A stretch of 64,000 bases of DNA from contig CM097882.1 of the NCBI GenBank assembly GCA_044892505.1, positions 15,376,001-15,440,000 of the forward strand, in the 5' to 3' direction. The position numbers and the translations under genes are program-made. The notes under the pieces are model-generated. The model was not told the DNA's origin and made no database searches. It saw nothing but the letters and a program-made list of their open reading frames with translations. The stretch is from Schmidtea nova (taxonomy: Eukaryota). Below are positions 10,052 through 20,274 of this stretch, in pieces (positions within the stretch are counted from its first letter, which is position 1; each line of letters begins with the position of its first letter).

Positions 10052-11779
10052 TTAATTGGCCCAGTTTTCAAAGTCATCAATTGACAGAGATACGATATCG
10101 TCAATGGAACAAAGTGAATTAATTAACAAGCAATTGCAAATATAATTCTTCACGTAATCAGAATAAATTTGATTTTCCGACATTTTAAGGGATCCAGTCA
10201 AATTCAAGAAATTTAGATGAAAAACTATCTCTACAATCTTAAAATCAAAATCATTTTTCTCAAGGATTGATTTCAATTCAATATCATCTTTGCACATGTT
10301 TACCAAATCAAAAAGTCCAAGATTAAACATTATGTCCGGGGTCTTATTTGAAGATATTGGTTTATTATGAGATTGGTAAAATTTCCCACCTTCATAAAAT
10401 ATATTGTCTGGAAAAGAGTTATTAAGCTTTAAAGACTCAATCAATTTTACAATCGATAATGATCTAGTCGCAGAATTTTCAACAAAATCTATCTCTTTAA
10501 GAGAGGGAAAGGATAAGTACATGGATTTTATCTGACTTCTCGAAAGTTCGGAGGAATTTGAAGCTGTCAAGGTTTTGCTATCGTTAAATTTCGCTTTTGC
10601 ATTAGTTAAATCTAACATGACAAATTCACCATTAACGTACTTAATATTCGATTTTATCAAATAATTTGGTATTTGTTGTTTAATTTTGAGAGAATTAATG
10701 ATGTTATTAATTCTAATTTCCCTAAATTTCTCATTTTTGATAGAAACAGTCTCCGAAAGTTCAGTAGAGAGATTAAATAAAAACTTTCTTATAGACATTG
10801 GAGCTGGAATATATTCAGAAAGAACTGGATAAGATTTGATTATGTTGTGATCAATTAATGTTATGTTATTTTTAAAAATTTCGGCTATGGGTGAAGAAAT
10901 ATTATTGGGTTTATTGTTTATTTTACAAAAAACACAAATATTTAAATTTCTAAAAAAGAAATGATCAAAATCTTTAATATTGAGGGGATTTTCATTTAAT
11001 TTCTCGCTACTAAGAAATTGATTAATTTTAATATATTTATTTTTAGAATCCTTAAGTTTAATCAATGGGAGGAGATCTGGGAATTTACTAAAAATTTGCT
11101 GTCGTTCACGTTTCGTTAGAATACGGACCAGAATTTTAAAATTAAGACTATTACTTTTACGGTTGACAGATTCAGTTGAGGGTTTATTAAATTTTACTAT
11201 TTTTTTATTTTTACTAACAGAAATTTCCAAATTTTGAAAAGGGGTAGAGTTAGAATTAAATAATTGATCATTAATTAAATTAATTTCAGCAGATTTTAGA
11301 AAGTTTTTATTATTAAAAGATTTATTTACATTTAGAGATTTATCTGACAATTCATTAGAAAAATTCGAAATAAAACAATCTACCTTTTCAGCCATATTGC
11401 GAAATGATTCCTCCAACGAGTCCAAGCGCTTGCTAAACGAAGAAGGAGAAAAATCCACAGGTTGTTGAATAGAAATGTCATTTTCTCCAGTTGATTTAGA
11501 AATTTCTTTAGAAAAACATCCAATATTTTCAGCCATATTGAGAGATGAAGTTTCAATCGAAGCCAAATGCTTATTGACAGAAGGGTAATCCACATTTTGC
11601 TGAACACAATTTTCTTCTTTATCTGCACAAGATTTATACAAATATTCCAAAAGAGATTTAGATATCGTAATTTGATTATTCAATAATTCAGATAATAATC
11701 GATCTGCAGAATTAGGCAATTTGCTCTTCGCGACTGAGTGATCACCAGCAGTGTGCGCATGTTGAGGCATGCCAGTCAT
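10052..11779 (-). CDS. N-terminal segment of the NeSL ORF, no recognised domain
   Basis: 575-aa open frame with an internal repeat (LASIETSSLNMAENIGCF / LDSLEESFRNMAEKVDCF); in frame with downstream segments. Confidence 0.7.
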   Translation of the reverse strand: MTGMPQHAHTAGDHSVAKSKLPNSADRLLSELLNNQITISKSLLEYLYKSCADKEENCVQQNVDYPSVNKHLASIETSSLNMAENIGCFSKEISKSTGENDISIQQPVDFSPSSFSKRLDSLEESFRNMAEKVDCFISNFSNELSDKSLNVNKSFNNKNFLKSAEINLINDQLFNSNSTPFQNLEISVSKNKKIVKFNKPSTESVNRKSNSLNFKILVRILTKRERQQIFSKFPDLLPLIKLKDSKNKYIKINQFLSSEKLNENPLNIKDFDHFFFRNLNICVFCKINNKPNNISSPIAEIFKNNITLIDHNIIKSYPVLSEYIPAPMSIRKFLFNLSTELSETVSIKNEKFREIRINNIINSLKIKQQIPNYLIKSNIKYVNGEFVMLDLTNAKAKFNDSKTLTASNSSELSRSQIKSMYLSFPSLKEIDFVENSATRSLSIVKLIESLKLNNSFPDNIFYEGGKFYQSHNKPISSNKTPDIMFNLGLFDLVNMCKDDIELKSILEKNDFDFKIVEIVFHLNFLNLTGSLKMSENQIYSDYVKNYICNCLLINSLCSIDDIVSLSIDDFENWAN

Positions 11780-11870
11780 AGTTGCGTGATGATTTTTAAT
11801 TAAGAAATTTTAATTTAAGAAATTTTCTAAGAACTTTTCGATATAATTTATGTTTCTTTATATGGACTAA

Positions 11871-12715
11871 AAAATGGACTAAAATTATATTAATTATATA
11901 TATGATTATTTATAAATAAATATTGCAATTCTGTCTCAGTTCGTTAAATTGGTGCCCACCGGTCAAACCCCATAAAAAAAAAATAAAACATAAATACCGA
12001 AAAAATAAAATTTTGAAATTTATATAAAAACCAACAACCTCCAATCACCGGGGTTACACTTCCTTGGACAGCGATTGAAAGTTGTCAGTTATTATTCAAC
12101 ACAGAGTATGGTCACTATAAGTATTATATCAAACTAGGCTTTATCCCGTGCTAGCACAGGTAATTCCATGCTAGCACGAATAAATAGTTTGAATACTTAA
12201 AGCCTTGTCACTGCATGTATGTGTCTGTAACGCTGATAATAAATCAACTTAATAAATTTATTTTAATAAATTTTAATAAATTTCAATTTTAATCTACTTA
12301 CTATAGTAAGTAGACTGTCTAATGTGGTCGGCGTTACAGACACATAGAGTGATAAGAATTATATATATATATGAATAAAATTTTAAAGAAAATTTGAACA
12401 TTATATATATTATATCAAATGAATAAAATTTAGAACTAAATAAAAACCAACAATTCCCTATCGCTTGGATTACACTTCCCTGAGCAGCGATTAAAAGATG
12501 ACAGTTATTATTACGATATGTAGTTTAAAGTATTGTCATTATAAATATTATAACAAATCATTATTATAGTTATTTGTTTAAGTTCTTCGTGTGTGAAAGG
12601 TTGTTCTTCGTTAGTGCGTAATATATTCGGTAATGATTTGTGTACGTGGTTGTTTTGGAAGTGGTAAGGGCTCGAATGAGTCTTCAAATGTTGTAGGGAC
12701 AATCAGGGTGAATGC

Positions 12716-12765
<50 letters not shown>

Positions 12766-13778
12766 GTGACAAAGTAGATAATAACAAAAGTAACAGTAAA
12801 TAAATAACTAACAATAAATGGTTTTTTTATAATTTTATTAGATTTAACACAAATATAGAACCTTTACTCACGTACGATTCTTCCAAATTCTCCTCTAAAA
12901 TTCCCGTAAATTCTTTTATTGAAAGGACTTCCTCCTGATTAAGTAATCTTCAATTTAATTTGCTAGTTTTTTCTTAAAGTTTTTAATTCACTTTTATTAT
13001 TAAGGGAATCGATTCTATTTTTAATTTCAATTTTTTTGAATTCGCTATAGTAAATTGCCAAGGTATTTACTATAGGGAATAAAAGATTATTGATCACAAG
13101 TATTGGGTGGGGGAAGCGGAAATAACCCACACGTGTTCAATAAATAATAAGATTACAATAATAATAAAAATACCTACATCAAAAAAATATCAATTCAATC
13201 ACATAACTTTATTATATCGTTGTAATAATATTAGGACAACAAAATCAATATTGGTGATGTCATTATCAGTTAGACAACAAAATGAAGTAATAAAATAAAT
13301 CAAAAAAGTCTTTGGCAAATTGAATAAAATAATAAAATGAATCATTAATTTAAATTATAAGACAAAATTATTATTATAATAGAGTGACAAATAAGATATT
13401 ATAAAAATGAATAACCAAGACAATCGTTGTTTTACTTCCAATTTCAACATTACCATATAATATCAGAATTATCATTACGAGTAGGAGGTTCATCATTTCA
13501 ATTATTATCAATTTTATTTTGATCAGATGTTTAGCTACTGAAATAAAAATCAATAAAACTTAAAAATACGTAAACATTTATTTAATTCCAATGGTCGTTG
13601 TTGCTTCGAATTATGTACTTCTGAAATTGTTGATTTTTGGATTGTATTTTGTAATTGTATTTTCTGGAACTATTCTTAATTTCTGTTTTCTTGCTTGCTT
13701 CTAAGTTTGAAAAAGAGAAAAAAAGTGTCGTTTTTAGTAATTTAAACAAACGCCTTTTACAAATATATTGATATTTGA

Positions 13779-13830
<52 letters not shown>

Positions 13831-14046
13831 GATATAATATTTAATTATTTTTTTTAATTTTTACTTGAATTTCTATATATAAAAAATATGATACTAATAA
13901 ATAAATAACGGAGGCACTACAAGATGTATCAATACAATTACTCACCACTTCAATTATTATCATTGTTAATGTTACTAGTATCATTATTATAACTATGTTG
14001 GTGTCGCTACAATAGAAATAGCTAGTGACAATATTATTATTATTAA
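11871..14046. repeat. ~2.2-kb direct repeat, copy 2
   Basis: Matches 2157-4360, from AAAATGGACTAAAATT to GACAATATTATTATTATTAA. Confidence 0.95.
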
Positions 14047-15129
14047 TATTATTATTGTTATTATTAGTATAAGTATCGTTGCAAAAATAACTCCGATTTT
14101 TACAAATGACACTTTATTTGTATCATTTTACACTCCTAATACGTAAACCACACAATACAAGTCAATAAAGCAACAATAAAACTTTTATTATTCAACTGAA
14201 CTATTTATCTGTAAAGAATTTTAATTTCACATCCTTTCCTCGTCATTAAGATTTGTTCAATTGTATAGTTGCTTTTTTTTCAAAATTCAAATATTTACAC
14301 AGAGTTAGTGATGATATTCCCAAAGCAGTTTAAACGAACTAAAGTAAAACCGTATGTCATTTATTTTGCAAACATTTGTTCAACAGGGAAATCATTTTCT
14401 ATGTTGTGAAATTATTTTAAAGGCTAATTGACTAGGAACAATAAATATTTACAAAGCAACAGAGTTATATTTTCATAATAACATCAAGGATTTATGGATA
14501 ATCAAAAATAACCATTGAATCCGAAAACTACATCCGTATCAATCGCCAAATTATTGTCAACGATATGTCAATTTAATAACGTATCATATTCGAAAATTAA
14601 CCCCAAATCCGAAAAACTATTTCCGTATCAAACGCTATTTCCAACAGCCCGAAACTAATTATTTATTATATTATTATTACTGTTTTTATTGTTATTGTTT
14701 TTATTATTATTATTATTGTTAATTTACAAAATTAAAATAAAATTAACTTACAAGAATTGTATAAAATGATAAATAATAAACAAATTAAATAACGAGATGC
14801 GCCGCGGATTATATCTGCGGCGGCAACTTCCAACTGCCAGCATCAATTGAAATAAAATATTTTGATTGAGCAATAATAAAGTTATTAAAAATGAGAATAA
14901 ATATCAGTTAGATTAACAAATCGACTATTTAGTCAGATTGTCGTTTTCGATATTAGATGGCAATTAAATGCCATTATTTATTAATAAATTTAATTTTTAT
15001 TGTAGGTCTGATTTGATAAGATCAATTAACTATATACAGAACAGTTAAAATTATTATTATTATTAACATGGAATATCAGTATTGTTATTGTCATTGTTAT
15101 TACATTTTTATGTATTATGTATTATGTAT

Positions 15130-15134
15130 TATGA

Positions 15135-15206
<72 letters not shown>

Positions 15207-15228
15207 TTTATTTTTATTATTATTATTG
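15130..15228. repeat. (TTA)n microsatellite truncating the tandem array
   Basis: Directly visible. Array similarity stops at its edge. Confidence 0.9.
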
Positions 15229-17003
15229 AATCGAGCAAAAACCTTTTGGAAATCATTTTTATTTCTATCAAACAATGTTTTTATCAAAGAAGCGAGCAAT
15301 TCGAGTTTGTAATCACTAAATTGTTGTTTGTAATGAACACCACGTAAAAGAATTGAAAGAGGCTCTCTGTGATTTGTTTGGCCATTGGTTTGAGATCCAG
15401 AAAACCAGCGCGCTTCAGGGATCTTGATGTCGTTATTGAGCTTGAATGTCAAGCTTTGCTCTGAAGACAAACTTCAATACGATAAGATGAGTCCGACAAT
15501 ATTCTGCTCAGCGATCGGCAAACTATCCAAAGAAAAGCTTTCAGTTCCAGATCGCTGTGGAATATAGAATTTAGATGCTATCATTTGAAATGTTGCATGA
15601 ATGTCATCATATTGTATTGGAAATAGAACAAATCCTTTCTCGTTTAATGTCAATAATGGCTCATTTCAGTCTAATATTTCGCCTCTCCCAACTTCCCAAA
15701 ATTTCATCGATAATTCCGTAACGCTGAGCCCACGTTGATTTGGATAATACCTTTTATTGCATCTCAAACAGTTCAATTGATCACAATATCCACAATGAAA
15801 TATCACATTATCGTTTTTAACAACTTTCATCATTGGAAAATTTAACGTTAGGCATTTTCTAGTTATTTGGTCAGGTATACATTCTATAAACATTGATAAC
15901 ACCTTTTTCGAAAAGAAGCAATTTGCAGAAGGCATAATATTCTCACACTTCATACATTTATATTATTATACATCGTATTCTTTTGAAATTCAAACCATCC
16001 GAATATCCCGCCATTCCAATTTCCAAATTGGAACGAATTAACAAAACCGAATAAATCAAAATTCAATTCCCAATTTAAAATTAAAAACCATTCAAAAAAT
16101 TCCTAAAAAATCCAAATAAGTTGGATTATTAAAACAATCCTAGAATATTAGGGGAAAGCACATGCGCACCCAGACGCTGAACAGATTATCACGTCACAAA
16201 CAGACGCGTATCACCATTATTCCAGAAAATGCGCACACAGACGCGACAACTATAAAATTTCAAATCGCGCACACAGACGCGTATATAAAAGATAGCATTC
16301 GCGCATACAGTCGCGAATAAATAGCCAAAGTTTGTTCAGGCAAACTTTGGCTGAAACATTTCCCCCCCCCCCTTGATCCTTTCTAGCGGATCAACCGACC
16401 TATTCATCTCTGGGGGAAGGCAACTCTCCTGATTCTTAACTTTATTTTTCCACTTCGGCTTATACTTATTTTTGTCATCAAATTTTTCTTCAACCAATAA
16501 TCTTCTTCTAATCTCCTGGACACTCATTCTCAGGCCTATGCATATTTTTAGTTCCAGATTTACCGTTGCCAATTTATCGTTAAGACAATTTAAATTTTCC
16601 ATCTCCACTGATAACGTTTCTACAGTTTCAGCCACAATCTTTAATTTTACTTCTAACTCCTTAATTTCACTTTTATATTCTATTTCTGTCGTTTTTATTT
16701 TACTTTCAAGATCTTCTATTTTTGAATGAAGTTGTGTTACTAAATCCGACTTATCAGCAAGAGATTCATTACCAACAGTTGAACCGTGATCAACCTTGTC
16801 AAATGATCCCATTTTATTGCTACTAATTGCATTTTTACCTTTTATTATAAGATAGGCTGACTGTTCACCACCTACCCCCTCTGCAATTATTACTGGACAA
16901 TTTATAAGTTCGGCATTTCCGATAACCTTTTCATCCTTTTATAGATTTTTTTCAAGATTGTTAACTTTTCTCTTGCCACTTTTATCAACATTGGAATTTT
17001 CAA

Positions 17004-18450
17004 CTATTCCTTGCTCAATACTTTTACCATTAAAGGAATTCTCTCCAATATTTTCCAAATTTTACAATTCTCTTCGATATCGTTAATATTTTCCACAATT
17101 TTCTCATCGACAATGCAATTCTCTTCAGTATTTTCTTCATTTATTGATTGCTCATCTTCCACAACCATTGTCGATTCAATTTCCGTCATTACTTTTTGCA
17201 CTAATTCGTTTGAAGTAGTGTTCATTCCATCCTCACTTGCAATACCAACTGACCCAGAGTTGTCAACCATTTCACCAGACACACCACCATTTACTGCGCT
17301 ATCCTCACCTCGACCTGAATTCAAATTTCCATCACCAGTCCGAACCTCACCAAGAACTTCTTTCTGAGCTTTAGGTGCAAAACTCTCGTTATACTCCTTG
17401 CTACACTGTTCTCCTCGATAAGTCACCATTGCCGTGTTCTCATTTTGATTCTTATATCTTAATGTCTTTGATCGTTCTCTACCAAGATCTACATTTGGAT
17501 TTTTATCCACAAAATTTGTAACCCTCTTCTTATTTTCAATCTCTTTTCTATTTCCTGGCTGTCGCTCTCCAAACAGTATATTCAAAGCTTTGCTATGCCT
17601 ATCAGCTTCCTTTTTGACCCATTCCGCTAAAGTTTGAACATTTGTCTCCTTCCCTGACTCACAGTCGCGTACCCACTGTGTTAACATGGTTTCCGGTAAC
17701 TTTTTCAACAGTTGGTAATACAGGATTCCATCGTTTAACTCCCCTTCTCTCTTTTGGTCCTTGAACGCCAAGATTATATTTCCCACTAGCTCGTCAAACC
17801 GTTCTAGGTCTTCCAATACATTGAGCCTCAATGGAAAGAACCTCTGTACCGCGTCCAGCATCATTAAATATGTACGTTCTAGTCCACCATATCTCTCATC
17901 CAATAATTTTATTGCCGCTTCAAAAGCCTGAGAGCCATATCCGATATAAGCAAATAATTGCAGAGGTTTCCCTTCCAAATACTGTCTTAAGTACAAGTAT
18001 TTCTTTTCGCTCGTTTCATCCGTGTCCTCGATGCAAGCTCTCACAATTGCTCGCCATCCAGCATACTCTATTACATTCCACATTAAATACCGGAAGCTGT
18101 AAGGGTTTCAATCGCACAAACAATCTCGGCCTGTCCTTAGCGCTTTCGTTTAGAACAGACTGTTCCCGACTTTTGTTAGCTTCCACTGAAAACCTCTCTT
18201 CCCTTTTTGTGAAAGCTAGTTCCCCTATTCTGTCAAATTCCATTTCCAATTTATCTAAATCCATCTGAATCTCCTTCAACTCACTCTCTCTTTTTAACTC
18301 CCGAGCCTGCCATTTCAATTGTTCTAATTCTGCCATCACTTTTCATATTTATCTTCGTAGGCTTCTCTCCTGGCTTCTTGCTCCGCGGTATCCACAACAT
18401 CCGTTAGTGCTTTATTTCGAAGACGCTCTAATGTTATTTTTAATCCTGTT
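17004..18450 (-). pseudogene. BEL/Pao-type Gag (DUF1759-like), frameshifted (copy B at 20943-22389)
   Basis: LKPLQLPVFN(G)NVIEYAGWRAIVRACIE, KKYLYLRQYLEGKP, AAIKLLDERYG, QLLKKLP, TLAEWVKKE. No pol follows. Confidence 0.8.
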
Positions 18451-18494
18451 CACCTTTTGTAACCTGCCTCAAACTCGGCATCGGTTACGGGACT

Positions 18495-18725
18495 TCCCCC
18501 ATTCAACCGCAACAATAAAAATATGTTTGAACCCATTTGTATATTATAGTCAGACAATTTACAGCCATCTCGCAATTGTTTCCCATCAAATATTAAACGT
18601 TGATGACTCGGTGGGATCCCCTCTCTCTCTTGTACCTTAAACTTGACACTCTCTATTAAATCCGCCAAGTTTACTTCAATTGCAATTGTTTTTCCCAATA
18701 ATGTCTTCACAAAAATTTGTGACAT
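18495..18725 (-). CDS. Ubiquitin domain inside the polyprotein (copy B at 22434-22664)
   Basis: [18 protein letters not shown]...[17 protein letters not shown]...LSDYNIQ...LLLRLNGG. Confidence 0.95.
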
Positions 18726-18849
18726 TCGTTTTAACTTCCCTACCTCACGGTACCCACATTCCTTCCCAATACAACACATAGCCAGGTCACTACCTTCATC
18801 CACTGCCTCAATCCCTCGACCATGGTGAATATCAAACTTTAATTCAATC

Positions 18850-19608
18850 GTGTCATGTAAATTATCCCCAAAGGTCAAACCCGAGAAACCCGCGATAATC
18901 ACACCTACCTCCCTTAACCTTTTATCATTTATCCCTATGTTTTTCCTTACAATACCCCTATCCCTATTCAAAAATTCTTTAAATATAGCGGGGGGGGAAT
19001 GTATCAACCCAGGACAAAAATTTACAAATCAGAAAATAATGTTCAAAAATATTACAAAAACACAGATTAAGAAAAGCTACCTTGTTCTGGCTGGATAGCC
19101 AGAACAGTATTGCCAATGTTCCGAGAAGTAAGTGGTCCCCCGATGGGAACCACACTCTGCTTCCATTTTTGAATCGAGCAATAACCTTTTGGAAATCATT
19201 TTTATTTCTATCAAAAAATGTTTTTATCAAAGAAGCGAGCAACTCGAGTTTGTGGTCACTAAATTGTTGATTGTAATGAACACCACGTAAAAGAATTGAA
19301 AGAGGCTCTCTGTGATTTGTTTGGCCATTGGTTTGAGATCCAGAAAACCAGCGCGCTTCAGGGATCTTGATGTCGTTATTGAGCTTGAATGTCAAGCTTT
19401 GCTCTGAAGACAAACTTCAATACGATAAGATGAGTCCGACAATATTCTGCTCAGCGATCGGCAAACTATCCAAAGAAAAGCTTTCAGTTCCAGATCGCTG
19501 TGGAATATAGAATTTAGATGCTATCATTTGAAATGTTGCATGAATGTCATCATATTGTATTGGAAATAGAACAAATCCTTTCTCGTTTAATGTCAATAAT
19601 GGCTCATT
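18850..19608 (-). pseudogene. Ribonucleotide reductase small-subunit (R2)-like domain, iron ligands degenerate
   Basis: EPLLTLNEKGFVLFPIQYDDI, DSLPIAEQNIVGLILSY, DIKIPEARWFSGSQ, GTLAILFWL and KEFL...IGIN are collinear with R2 motifs EPLL...RFVIFPIEYHDI, ESLKPEERYFISHVLAF, EVQITEARCFYGFQ, GSFASIFWL and QEFL...IGMN. Confidence 0.7.
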
Positions 19609-20274
19609 TCAGTCTAATATTTCGCCTCTCCCAACTTCCCAAAATTTCATCGATAATTCTGTAACGCTGAGCCCACGTTGATTTGGATAATATCTTTTAT
19701 TGCATCTCAAACAGTTCAATTGATCACAATATCCACAATGAAATATCACATTATCGTTTTTAACAACTTTCATCATTGGAAAATTTAACGTTAGGCATTT
19801 TCTAGTTATTTGGTCAGGTATACATTCTATAAACATTGATAACACCTTTTTCGAAAAGAAGCAATTTGCAGAAGGCATAATATTCTCACACTTCATACAT
19901 TTATATTATTATACATCGTATTCTTTTAAATTTCAAACCATCCGAATATCCCGCCATTCCAATTTCCAAATTGGAACGAATTAACAAAACCGAATAAATC
20001 AAAATTCAATTCCCAATTTAAAATTAAAAACCATTCAAAAAATTCCTAAAAAATCCAAATAAGTTGGATTATTAAAACAATCCTAGAATATTAGGGGAAA
20101 GCACATGCGCACCCAGACGCTGAACAGATTATCACGTCACAAACAGACGCGTATCACCATTATTCCAGAAAATGCGCACACAGACGCGACAACTATAAAA
20201 TTTCAAATCGCGCACACAGACGCGTATATAAAAGATAGCATTCGCGCATACAGTCGCGAATAAATAGCCAAAGT

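Larger units (their letters stand above)
4361..11870 (-). mobile_element. NeSL-clade (Ulp1-RT-RLE) non-LTR retrotransposon
   Basis: Ulp1 protease, RT and restriction-like endonuclease in the order known for the NeSL clade. Boundaries are taken as the edges of the flanking direct repeats and are approximate. Confidence 0.9.
16336..19905 (-). pseudogene. Reconstructed polyprotein, copy A: RING/IBR finger, RNR-R2-like domain, ubiquitin, BEL/Pao Gag, coiled coil
   Basis: Segments join through in-frame stops (EILD*NEPLL, LSY*SLSS, GYKR*TGLK, KNL*KDEK) and single-base frameshifts near 18993, 18340, 18078 and 17055. Confidence 0.7.

Noticed and set aside
11825-11870. TCGATATAATTTATGTTTCTTTATATG at the NeSL 5' junction loosely resembles a flatworm spliced leader ending in ATG
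   Set aside because: No GT donor follows the ATG, there is no recognisable Sm site, and the similarity is weak in AT-rich DNA.
2902-15312. ORFs with IYIY, poly-L or poly-N runs, ORFs spanning N gaps, and antisense shadow ORFs of RT, gag and pol
   Set aside because: These are artefacts of microsatellites, gaps or opposite-strand coding.
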